A DNA stretch of 64,000 bases from Callorhinchus milii (lineage: Eukaryota): NCBI RefSeq assembly GCF_018977255.1, contig NW_024704742.1, positions 121,584,001 through 121,648,000 of the forward strand, given 5' to 3'. A program made the translations under genes and the position numbers. Below the pieces are notes generated by a model. It did not search any database. It saw nothing but the letters and a program-made list of their open reading frames with translations, and was not told the DNA's origin. Within the stretch, counting starts at the first letter, position 1. Every line of letters starts with the position of its first letter. Below are positions 48,411 through 61,000 of this stretch, piece after piece.

Positions 48411-48416
48411 AATAAA
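48411..48416 (+). terminator. Candidate ELOVL7 polyadenylation signal (alternative AATAAA at 49624-49629)
   Basis: First canonical AATAAA I found after the ELOVL7 stop codon. Confidence 0.35.
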
Positions 48417-50253
48417 TTATTAGATTGGATAAATCTGAGGGATGTTTTTAGATGGTTCTATTCCATTAGTGGATAAAGGGATTTGACAGAAAGTTGACCT
48501 TTTTTTAAAGAAAATCTGAGGCATACGATAGCCGGGGATTTTTGTAATATAGTTGTTGAATGAATTGGGAAGAAAGTTGTAGGAAGTGTCTGAAGACTAA
48601 CTTGGAGGAGAGAAAGAGATATGAATGTAACTCAGGAAGAGAGAGATGTAGATTGTAATTTGGAGAGAGAAAGATGTAGATTAATTTGTGGGGTGAGAGA
48701 TATAGAAAAAGAAATTAGAAGGAGCATGAACAGTTCTTGTACTCTTTGGCTTTGGCAGGAGGTTTGTACCAGACTGAAATTGAAGGATGAAAAGTATGTG
48801 TTATTGGGAAAATGGGAAAAAGGCATAATCTTTCACTCTCGATTACAATGCAACCATATTTTACCTAATGTTTCGGAAGGTGCCAAAGAAGGCAGTGATC
48901 ACAGAAAAGAGCTTTATTGCATGATCCACAGATTTCCTGTTCCAACAAATGGCAGCATTTTAAAGTGAGCAGAAATGTTAAGTAGCTTGTTAGTGAACAA
49001 TGAATTTGTTTTGTATATAGGATTTACTGGGCTGTTGCAGTTTCGGGAGTGGGGGAAAAAAGGATCATTTTATCCTCCTGCCCAGAACTCTTTTTTTAAA
49101 GGGGGAGCTATACTGGAATTGGCCATTTTAAATGGAAAAGACCTGCAAGGCGAATATCTTTCGAGTATTGTTCCAAGTAGGCAGCAGATAAATTGAAGCT
49201 GAGTGAATTAGAAACCTGCCACTTTCTAAAAAGGGTTGAATTTTACTTTTACATTTCCAAATCCAAGTACTGTTAGGTTATTGTAACTTGAACGAGTAAT
49301 GCAGGTTTTCTTTGAAAGACTACATGAAACCATAGTTGGTGGAAAACTAATGACACAGATGCATTTTGACAAGATTGCCACAAGTGACTTTTTATTGAGA
49401 GAACTATGTTGGGTATTGAACATATTCCTGGAAGTTTATCTTTGTGTAATAATCCAATACATAACTTTTGTCTCCATTATGTAGTTTCCATTATCTTTAT
49501 TACAGGCATTTTTTCAAATGAATTTCTTTCATATGTGGCGATACTTGTTGGGATGAATGTCTTCAAATCAGACATGATGACTTTATATGCACTGTTCTCA
49601 AAGAAAATACTGATTTTTAAAAAAATAAATCTTATTCCATTGAAATGATAGTAGATTGCATATTTGTCTTAAGGGGGTGTATCTGTATTTTATTGATATT
49701 TTGCGTGAAAGGGTTAAAAAGAATCTCCTGAGATCATTGAAGTTAAGTAATCTTACCAGAGGATATTTTGTGTTGTAAAATGGTATATCTGAGATTTTGT
49801 ATTTTTATATTATCTTTGCTACCTGTGTTTTTTATAAAACTGCACATCAGTCCTGGCCACATGCTGTTAATAATGAGCCCTCTAAGGCACAGTGTCCTTT
49901 TGACTTCATGATCTGACTCTCTCCTGAAGTATGTTGGAGGGTGTCTTCATTGGAAAAAATAAGATTCTGTAAGGTGATCTAAAACTTTTTCTGAGATGAC
50001 CCACTGTTATTAAGTGCACCTCTTGTAAATGACTACAACTATGCATTAATGCATGTACTGAATTAAAAAAAGCAGGATGATTACTATTGTAATTGTGTAA
50101 ATATTTTTCAGCTTTCTGCATGCGGTGTTGGGTTTAAAACTACTGGCCTTTTGACCTCTTAAGACACCCAAAAAAGGAGGGGAGGAAAAAAACAATTATC
50201 GTCTTGAGAAGTGATCCTTCCATATTTGTCGAATTGCAGCATTCAGTTCAATT

Positions 50254-50580
50254 TGGAGTCCTGTAGCTCAGTGGTTAGAGCACTCGCTTTGCAAGTGAGA
50301 GACCTGAGTTCAATTCCAGGCAGAGGGCGAAACCTTGGGCAAGTTTCCTTACTCCACACAGAGCCTAATAATAATCCCTCCAAAAAAACAAAACAATAAT
50401 AAATTGGTCATTTTCAATCTACGACTGTTTGTGGGACATTGCTGTGCGCAATTGGCTGCCGCGTTCGCCCACAAATATACAGTCAATTCACTTTACAGTG
50501 TGTTCTGTGAAGCGCTTTGGGACGTCCTCCCGACGTGAAAAGCGCTATATCAAATGCAAGGATTATTATTATTATTATTA
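50254..50580 (+). mobile_element. tRNA-derived SINE, short form, full length
   Basis: Near-identical to 1172-1497 and 60303-60628. Confidence 0.93.
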
Positions 50581-51509
50581 ATTTCAATGTTCACTCTTCC
50601 CCTAAGACGTTTCTCTCCGAGTATCAAGTTCAGTTGGGCAGAACGAGCCAGAAAATAAGGTCACCTCAAGGCTCGACTACGGAAACTCCCTCCTTGCCGG
50701 CCTCCCCAACTCTTCCCTCCACAAGCTGCGGATCAACCAGAACTCTGCAGCTCGTGGCCGGTCCCGCACCACAGGCCCCGCGACCCCATCACCCCCACCC
50801 TCGCCCGACCCCACTGGCTCCCCATCCCTCAGAGGATAGCATTCAAAACCCTCGTCCTCGAGGCGCTCCACGGCCTCGCCCCCTCCCACCCCCCTGACCC
50901 GCTGACCCCGTCAGCGCTTCGCAAACGTAATTTGGTTCAGTATCGTAATCCAATCCCCGGGCGGGCGAAATGTCGGAGAAGTGTCCTCACTCCCCACGCC
51001 CAGCGGCAAAGTAGGAACCGGGTTGTTAGTCGATTTGGCGGATCGCTTTTCCCGGGGATAATAATCTCTTTTTTTTAATAAAAAAATAATTTGGTCACTT
51101 CAATCCGCGACTGTTCGTGGGCCACTGCTGTGCGCAATTGGCTGCCGCGTCCCACCCACGTAAGTCGTTTCACTTGACGGCATATCCTGTGGAGCGCTTT
51201 GAGACGTCTCGACGACGTGATAAGGCGCTCTATCAGATGCAAGGATTATTATTATTATTATTATTAACTTTGCAGAGAATCTTTTGCAGAGACGCCGCTT
51301 GGATCCTGTCATACATCTGCTATGTATGACAGATATATATATATCTGAATGGGTGTTGACATTTGACGTCCCAGTCACAGCCCGGGCTGACTCATTCCCA
51401 TCCATGTTTTTAGGAGTGCAAAGCCAAACCGCTGAACTAATTCACTCGTTGACCACAGGGCAACACGGCTAAGGTTTTTTTTCCCCTCTGATTTGTTCAT
51501 TGATGTGTA

Positions 51510-52070
51510 CAGCAGCCAACCGTCACCAACCCCAGCGCTCCGATCACGTGCCCTTCATGCTGGGCTCCGATTGGCCCGCTCTCCTCTCCTCTCCTCCCCC
51601 CCCCCCCACACCGAACGTTAAGCGTTCCTGACCGGTTGCCCGGTTACCGGGTCACGGGACCTCCGCTCCTGTCCAATCAGAGGGCGCCGGGCGCGCGAGC
51701 TCCCGATTCAAACTGCCGGGGGTTGAAGGAGCTCGAGCGGCCGGAGGCCGTGACTCCCAACGGTCACTGTGGCTGACTGATGTGGGGGCCTGTGGGCCGG
51801 GGCCGAGCCGAGACAGCGCGAGCACCATGGAGAGTGGCATCATAGCCCCGGGGCCCTACAGGGCAACCAAACTGGTGAGCGGGTGACTTGGTCTGGGAGG
51901 GGGAAGGGAAGGGGGAAGGGAGGGGGCGCCTCTGCCGCGGTTCCGAGTCTCACCGGCCGGTGCAGCCGGGGCTGGGAGTGCAGTTTGCACCCGAGACTTT
52001 GTTATTCTGCCTTCGGTGCCCCGAGGCTCCGGAGCGCTCTCTGCACCACTGGCCGCGTTTCGCCCACAAT
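51510..52070 (+). promoter_or_regulatory. DEPDC1B CpG-island promoter with G2/M-type elements
   Basis: GC- and CpG-dense. Motifs: CACGTG 51545-51550, ATTGG 51570-51574, X-box GTTGCCCGGTTAC 51635-51647, CCAAT 51673-51677, inverted CHR TTCAAA 51707-51712, MYB-type CAACGG 51758-51763. Confidence 0.75.
51827..51874 (+). CDS. DEPDC1B: DEPDC1B coding exon 1 ([16 protein letters not shown])
   Basis: Strong Kozak context gcaccATGG, CTG|gtgagc donor, inside a CpG island. Confidence 0.94.
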
Positions 52071-55000
52071 ATACACAGTCGACCCACTTTACAGTATCAT
52101 TCTGTGAAGCGCTTTGAGACGTCTGGAGACGATGTGATAAGGCGCTGTATCAAATGGAAGGATTATTATTATCCGACCCTCTTGCCCACTATTTGCCCGT
52201 CTTCCGAAGACCTTCCTCGTTGACCTTTTTCCGGTCACCTCACCCCTCTCTCCCCACCTCCATGTGGAGCTCAGCGGCTGATCAGCGCTCTGAGACCCTC
52301 CCCAGCAATGGAGGGCGCTATACAAATGTAAGTTGTTGCACTTCGCACGGGTGGCTCTTTAACACGTTTGTGTAATGTCCTCCTTTCTAACTTCAGAAGG
52401 CAGCAGAACTTTTCCGTTGTGTTATTATAGCAGGTTGGCCCTGCACCGAGTTCTTCAAATCGTCTTCCAACTTGAAAGGGTGCCTTGTCGTGCTTTCAGC
52501 TACTACGCCGCCAAAACGTATTCTCTTCCTCAATCCCTCCGCCATTCCCCCTCCTTCCCCTTTTTCAAATCGCGCTTGAAGACCTTCCTCTTTTTTATGG
52601 CTACCTAACCCTGGTTCAACGTGAAGCCCTGCCTCTGTTAAGCACTCCGAGACGGCACCCCGCTTGAAAGGCACTATTTCGCCCACAAATATACGGTCAA
52701 TTCACTTTACAGCCTATTCTGTGAAGCGCTTTGAAACGTCTAGAAGACGTGAAAAGCGCTATAACAAATGCAAGGATTATTATCATTATTATAAATGCAA
52801 GTAATTGGAGTATGTTTTCAGATGGTGAATGTTTATGCAAGTGTTTGTGCATGTGATGTTCCTTCACTTATAATGACTGCCGGTGCTTTGTAAATGCATC
52901 CTACACACCAGGAACTGAGGGGCTATTAACATCGACTTTGAAGGTTGATATGCAAGAAGTCGGGTCTATAAAATCCACCAAATCTACCAAACGTTTTAAC
53001 TAATCTAACTAATGTTGTGTACACATTTAAGATTGCCATGTTTCACCCACATAATGTACAGTCATTCTGGTTTACAGTATATCCTGTGAAGCGCTTTGAG
53101 ATGTCTTGACGACATGAGGTGCTATGCAAGAATTATTATTACCACAAGTGATGATGCTAAATTTGCACACAACATTGGTTAGGTTACAATTGGAGAACCA
53201 TATGTTCTGATTTCCCACTCATGGAAATAACCCAAAAGCCCTGTCTGCCTGTACAGATCAACTTTAAAGAGCTCATGGCTCTGTACAAAAAATGTTAATT
53301 TGTGACCTTTCCATTTCACTGGACTTGAGTGTTAGACAAAGACCAAGAGTCCATCACCAAACTTAAATACTTTCTGCTCAGAGGCAACAACAACAAGATT
53401 ACATGTGTATAGCGCCTTTTAGGTCGGGAGGACGTCCCAAGGCGCTGGACAGTGTCCAGCATTTCAGACCCGAGCTGGGATCGGGGGGTGGGGGGGTGTG
53501 GGGTGGCCGATGTCATGGTCGAAGAGGAGGGTTTTGAGGCAGGACTTGAAGGAGGCTAAGGATTATTATTAAGGAGGGGACGAGGCGGAGTGATTGGGGG
53601 ATGGAATTCCAGAGGTTGGCGGCAGAGTGGCTGAAGACTCTCCCGCCAATGATGGGGCGGGTGGGTCGGGGTGACGTGGAGCAGGCCGGAGCCGGCTGAG
53701 CGGAGGTAGCCGGCGGATTGGTAGAGGGTTAGGATATCACAGAGGTAGGTTGGGGCAAGGCCATGGAGGGCTTTGTAGGCAAGAGTGTTAACTGAGCCAA
53801 GTCGGCACCTAAATGTTAAAGTACATGGAGAAAGAGCAGCGGAATGGGATTAGAGTCAATACAACAATACAATGGGATACGTAGTACCAGTACATACATG
53901 ATGTTTTGTTATTGAAGAGTGGTCATTTGTGGGGTGAGGGGACACAGAAAGACTGGTACATATTTAATCAGCTCTAACCCTTTGAACGTTTTGTCTAGAG
54001 GCTTCTCTTTTGTGACAAGACAACATGGCATTTCCTTTCTACATGGCTGTGAACTGTAGCAATCATGTTCACTATTTTGTTTGTTAATGGTTTTAGGAAC
54101 TTGAACATTTTGTTCAGTACTAGACTTTCTTCCCTTTAAGATAGTTGCTTAATTATGGATTCTGCAGTATACAAATTAAAATGCCAACGCCCTGCTTGTC
54201 GGTCTTCCCAACTCTTTACTCCACAAGTTGCAGATCATCCAGAACTCTGCAACTCGTATCCTCTCCCACACCAGCCTTGCCCGGCTCACTGGCTCCCCAT
54301 TCCTGAGGATCGAGTCCAAAATTCTCGTCCTTATCTTCAAGGCCCTCTGTGGCCTTGCCCTCGCCTACCTCTCCGACCTGCTAACCCTTTATCAACCTAT
54401 CCACTTCCTCCCCTCAGCAGGCTCCGGCCTGCTCCATTTGCCCTGCCCGGCCCGCCCCACCATCGGCGGTTGGGCCTTCAGCCTCTCTGCCCCCACCCTC
54501 TGGAACTCCAACCCTCATTCCCTTCACCTCCTTCAAGACACGCCTCAAGACCCTCCTCTTCGACCATGCGGTTGGCCACCCTCTCTGCCCTCCACCCTCC
54601 CTGATCCCAACAAACCCCCACCCCCACCCGCTTGGGTTCTAATCCCTCACTGTACAGCGCTTTGAGATGTCCACCCAATGCAAAAAGCGCTTTTGCAAAT
54701 GTAATTTTGCATTGTAAAATGGAAAAGTCACAAATTATGAGATATTTGAATTCTAATTTTAACTTTACTGTTTTACTAAAAGATATTCAGTTATCAGAAA
54801 ATGAATCCTAAAATGTTTAAGTGCCTTGGGGCGCTCTCTCGACATGAAAGGTGCTATATAAATGCAATTTGTTGTTGTTAAAGTAAATGTTTAAAAAAAA
54901 TCATTCGTGGAGGAAGATTTAATAATGCAGCTCCAAGTAATGTTATGATATACTGTATGATGACGAGCTTGTCTTGCAGCCTTCTAGGTTAACCAAACTT

Positions 55001-58000
55001 CATGGTGTTACTGACACACTTGTTTATTATTTTGGATGCAGTGCTAACTGCAAATGAAAAAACAAACAGCACAGAAAAATTAAGGAATTTGAGTGAATGT
55101 TTTAGTACAGCCCATGTGCTGTAATAGGCTAACATTCTATGAATTCATGAATTAAAGGTTTGAAAAATTAAAGGTTCTATGAATTCATGAATTAGTGGTT
55201 TGAAAAATTTATCTTTAGTCATTTGTGGAGTTCTCTGCCCCAAATGATGTTGAGGCAGAGTCGATAAATTAATTTTAACAAGGAACTGGATAGATGCTTG
55301 AAAAAGTGGTTGATATTGAAGGTCGGTGCCTTGGGACGTCCTCCCAACGTGAAAGGTGCTATACAAATGTAATTTTGAGAATAGGATTTACTAGGTGGCT
55401 TACTAGGCTTGAATGGGAAACTGCTTGATATTGCATTTAAATGTTTAGTTGAGATTACTCTTGGCACCAAATCAAATTTTCCAGAACTTTGCAGTAACTC
55501 GGTCTGTGCAGGATGTCTATTATATTTAGTTGCCTTTGTTCCCCCACTTTTCTAAGAAATTGAGCACTCTTTTGAAGCTCAGCAGTAAAGTTGACAATTT
55601 AACAACAGCAGCAAAATTACATTTGTATAGTGCCTTGCACATTGGGAGGATGTCTTAAGGCGATGGACAGATAGATTTCGGACCTGAGCTGGGGGTCGGG
55701 GAGGGTGGAGGGCAGGGGGTGGAAGCAGGGAGATCGAAAGCACAATCGAAAAAGAGGGTTGTGAGACGGGTCTTGAAGAAGGCAAGGGAGGGGGTGAGGC
55801 GAAGGGACTGCGGGATGAAGTTCCAGAGGGTGGGCACAGAGTGGCAGGTGGTCTGCCCACCAATAGTGGGATGAGCGAGGCGGAGGACATGAGCAGGATG
55901 GTAGGGGCTTAGGAGATCGCAGAAGTAGAGACCATGGAGGGCTATGAAGGTGGAGATCAGGATCTTGAACTGTATCCTCTGTGTGATGGGAAGCCAGTGA
56001 GGATGGGGGTGATAGGGTCACGGAGCCTGCCGCGGGAAGAGGATGAGGGCTGCAGAGTTCTGGATGATCTGCAGGCTGTGGAGGGGAGTTGGGGAGGCCG
56101 ATAAGCAATGAGTTTGCATAGTCAAGCCTTGATGTAATTTAATTACTCAAGTATATTTTCAGAGAAATGCTGTAATGGGGGTAAGAAATCCTAGACCATG
56201 GGGACCAGTAAATTATTAAAATAAAATGGACTTTCAAAGATTTCCTGCTGCACTTCTCTTTGAAGTAAGTCTAAATAGTGATATTCGTGCCAAATATTCC
56301 ATCAGATCACAGATAACGTACATCAAAACATTTATTGTATCTATCCAAGGTAATTGCAGGAAATAATTTTAAGAAAAGACTAATTACTACAGTTTGTTTG
56401 CAGACATTTGAGGCTCGTGTAATTTAAATAAGCTCTGGGGAATCTCTGCAGCAAACATTTTTAAAAACTGCTCCAATTAAAAATGGTTGTAGTTCAACAT
56501 GGGATCAGTGGATGAGACTAATTTGTGCATTATTTAAATTAGAAAAGAACCAATCGTTTGAAGAATCATTGTTCTAAGTTTAAGGTTTTCTATGTCTTAA
56601 TAGAAATGATTCTTCTAGCTGATTACGCTGAAATGAACCTTCAACCTAAGCTATTTGTTGTCATGTTTGATTCTAACTTTTGTACATAAAGAGAAGTAAT
56701 TGATTTATATCTTAAGCAGATCAGTGAAATTCTGAGTACCTCTAATTGCGGCAGTACATAGACGTTGTACATAGGGAGAGGAATTTTATTGGAATGTCAG
56801 CTGCATTGCAGAATGCTATTTTATTTTTTGTGGAAGGAGGAGGAGACATTTGAAAATGAGGACAAAGATTTTGAGTTCAGGGGAAGCAAGCAAGGATCAA
56901 TGTGATAGGCTCACAGCTCCTGGTGTGGGAGAGGACACAGGTTGCAGAATTCTGGATGATCTGCATCTTGTGTCGTGAAGAGCTGGGAAGTGTAGCAAGT
57001 TATAATAATTGAACATGGATGTGATGAAGTTATGCATGAGGCTCTCCGCAGCCTGAAGGAGAGGTGGTGGCAGAGCTTGGTGATATTGCAGAAGTGAGGG
57101 AAGGCTGAGTGGGTGAGAACCCGGATCTATGCTTTGAAAAAGAATTGAAGGTTTGAATAAAACCCAAAGGTTCCCTATTACCATCTGTGAGATGAACTGA
57201 GCATGCATTTAGGTTGATGCAGTCAGATCCTGAGGTGATGAGGTGCTGTTAGGAGCAAAGAAGGAGAGCCTCTGTCTTGGTGACATTGAGCTGTAGAAGT
57301 TGGAACTCATTCAGGACTTGATGGATGAAGGGTAATTGGTCAAAAAAGCACAAGTCCTGTAATCCAGGGGGGAGATAGAGAGAGATTGGTGTTGTTTATG
57401 TACAAGGGGCAGCCTGGCTCAGTAGGTAGCATTCTCGCTTCTGAGTCAGAAGATTGTGGGTTCAAGCCCTGCCTTGGGACTGAGCTCACAATCTTGGTTG
57501 GCAAGGGGGAGCACTGCAATGTTGGAGGTTAAACTGAGGTCCAATCAGCCTGTTCAGATGGACGTTAAAGATCCTGTGGTATTATTCGAAAAGATAGGAG
57601 TTTTCCCCAATGTTTTGGCCAACAATTCCTCAAATAAAATTGGTCATTCATTTCATGTTTTTTGTGGGGTAATTGCTGTGTGCAAATTTGATGTCGTGTT
57701 CACACACAAAATATATGCGGTTGCACCATTTTACAGCATATGCTGTGAAGCGTTTTGAGACGTCTTGATGAGGTGATAAGGTGTTATAAATTTCATTTAC
57801 GAGTAAAGACCAAATGATTTGCGATATGGAACATCATAGGAGAAATTACTTGGAGGGCAATTTGGCTCGGTATTGACATTGCCAATAAGAACCATAGAAT
57901 TGTATAGCACAAAAGGAGGCCATTCGGCCTGTCGTGTCTGTGCCGGCTTTTTGAAAAGAGCTATCCAATTCAATCCCACTACTCTGCTCTCTCCCCATAG

Positions 58001-61000
58001 CTCTGCAAACTTGTCCTCCCCAAATAATGATCTACTTCTCTCTTAAAAGTTGTTATCAAATCGGCTTCCACCAACTTTTCAGGCAATGCATTCCAGATCC
58101 GAACAACTCACTGTGTGAAAAAATTCTCCTCATCTCCCCTCTGTTTCTTTTAATAACTATTTTAAATCGGTGTCCTCGGGTTACCGACCCACCCGCCAGT
58201 GGAAATAGTTTCTCCTTGTTCACCGTATCGAATCCCCTCACAATTTTGAAAACTTCTATTAAGTCTCATCTTAATCTTCTCTGGTCCAAGGAGAATAATC
58301 CTAGCTTCTCTAGCCTCTCCTGATAACTGAAGTCCCTCATCCCTGGTATCATCCGGGTAAATCTCCTTTGCATCCTCTCCAATGCCCTGACGTACTTCCT
58401 AAAGTGTGGTATCCAGAACTGAACACAATACTCCAGCTGAGGCTTAACAAGTGTTTTGTAAAGGTTTATCATAACTTCCTGATTTTTGTATTCTATGCCA
58501 CTAGTTATAAAGCCTGATATTCCATGTGTTTTTTTAACAGCTTTATCTACCTGTCCTGCCACCTTCAAAGATTTACTGTTATTAACCCCCTGGTCTCTTT
58601 GTTTCTTCACCTTTGAGATTGTACCATCCAGAATATTCATTTTGTTCTTTCTCATCAGGTTATAAGTATCTGGTTTGTTAGCTCTAATCCATTCGTTTTT
58701 AATTTTGGTTCATTAAAGCTAAGATAACTGGGCGGAAACATTGTAGCATGAGACAGTAAATAATAAGCATCCTTACATTTAAAATAAGGCCTTGTCATAT
58801 TGCCAAAATATCTCAAAGGACTTCACAGGATTTACTGTAAAGTGTAGTCACTGTATGTACTTGAGCAAATATATTTGAGATGCAAGAATGGCCGACAAGA
58901 ATATCTTGCAAATGGAGAGACATTAGTTTGGTAGATGAACAAAGTAATGTGAAGGGTCTGAGTACTTGAGTCGCTGAACGCTAGTTTACAGGTGTAGATC
59001 ACAATCAAAAAAACTAATGGATGCTGCGCTTTATAAGGAGGTTTCTGGAATATAAAAGCAAGGAAGTGTTTCTGCACATGTCTTGGATTGCTGGTCAGAT
59101 ATCAGTAATATATCCAGTTTGAGTTTCCATCCTTAGAAAGCATATCAAATACAAAGATCGTTATTACTATTTCATTGTTTTCATCTGCTGTGTGCAATTG
59201 GTTGCCACGTTTCGCCCACAAATATACAGTCAATTCACTTTACAGTATATTCTGTGAAGTTCTTTGAGACGTCTAGAAGACGTGAAAAGCGCTGTATCAA
59301 ATGCAAGGATTATTATTATTCTACTAACCTTAGAGGGTGTCCAATAACTTTTCACCAGATTAACACCTGGGGTTAAAGAGATTATCTGTTCAGGCTAGGC
59401 AAAATTAGATTATATTGCCTAGAATTGAGGAGGTTAAAGGTGATCTGATTGAGGTGTTTAAAATACTTGTTTAATATTATTAAAATACAACAAGTTGCAT
59501 TAATATAGCACTCTTCACGCAGAGTAGGGTTTTGGAGCGCGTAATAATGCACATCAAGCTACATAAAGCGGTGTAAAATAAAAGACCATCTTAAAAGTGA
59601 ATTAAGAAAACATTTCTTCACACAATGAGTTCTGAGAATGTAGAATACATTTCTTCAAATGGCTGTATATCCATAATTGATTATGTTAAAGGTAGATAAA
59701 TGCTTAGGAAATAGATGTATTGACAGATATGGATTAACTCTATAATGGTCCAATAAGATGGTGGAATTGGCTCAAGAGGGCATTATAATTTTGTATAAAT
59801 AAACTTTGATTTGGTTTTCATTTTTTTTAATCTTGTACATTCATAGTTTGATAGCTTGAAGAAAAATTGTTTATTCCCTGATGGATTACCTGTCAGACAT
59901 CAAGTCCTGGATAAGAGCTAACTTTCTCCAGTTGAATGTCGACAAGACCGAGGCCTTCCTGCTTGGGTCCTGTCAGCACCTCCTCCTCACCTCAGGTGCT
60001 GACAGCGTTACAATTCATGCATATACTCTCCACCTCACGGAACCAGTATGGAGCCTTGGTGTTCTGTTTGACTCTCAACCGTCCTTTAATCTGTTCTGCC
60101 TTCCGCTGCCTCCCCAATATTGCCGGCCTCAACCTCTACCTAACCCCTCAGCCCCCCGAGACCCTCATCCATGGGTTCATCACATCCAGGGTTGACTATG
60201 CTAACTCCCTGTTTACCTGACTTCCCAACACTCTTCTGAATAATCCAGAAACCGAAGATTATTTAGAACTCTACAGCTCCTGTTCTTTACCACACTAAGC
60301 ACGTGGAGTCCTGTAGCTCAGTGGTTAGAGCACTCGCTTTGCAAGCGAGAGACCTGAGTTCAATTCCAGGCAGAGGGCGAAACCTTGGGCAAATTTCCTT
60401 ACTCCACACACCTAATAATAATCCCTCCAAAACCAAAAACAATAATAAATTGGCCATTTTCAATCCACGACTGTTTGTGGGACATTGCTGTGCGCAATTG
60501 GCTGCCGCGTTCGCCCACAAATACACAGTCAATTCACTTTACAGTGTGTTCTGTGCAGCGCTTTGGGACGTCCTCCCGACGTGAAAAGCGCTATAGCAAA
60601 TGCAAGGATTATTATTATTATTATTATAAGCTCCGTGAGCCGATCACCCCCATCGTGGATTCATTGGCTACCTATCCCCAGAGGATCAAGTTTAAGATAC
60701 TCTTCCTCATTTTTAAAGCCCTGCACGGTCTTGCCCATCTCTACCCTTGCGTCCTTACCATCCTGCCTGCTCCCTCTGCTCAGCGGGCGCTGGCATGCTT
60801 CATGTCCCCTAGCCACCCCACCATCGGTGGTCGGACTTTTAACTATTCTGCCCTACCCTCTGGAATTCCATCCTGAGTCCCTTTGCCTTTCCCCTCCTTT
60901 GCCTCCCTCAAGGCCAGACTCTTTGACCATGCCTTTGCTCATCCTCCCAATCACCTTTGCCTTCCACCCTTCTTGATTCCATCCCCCAACTCTAGTGCAA

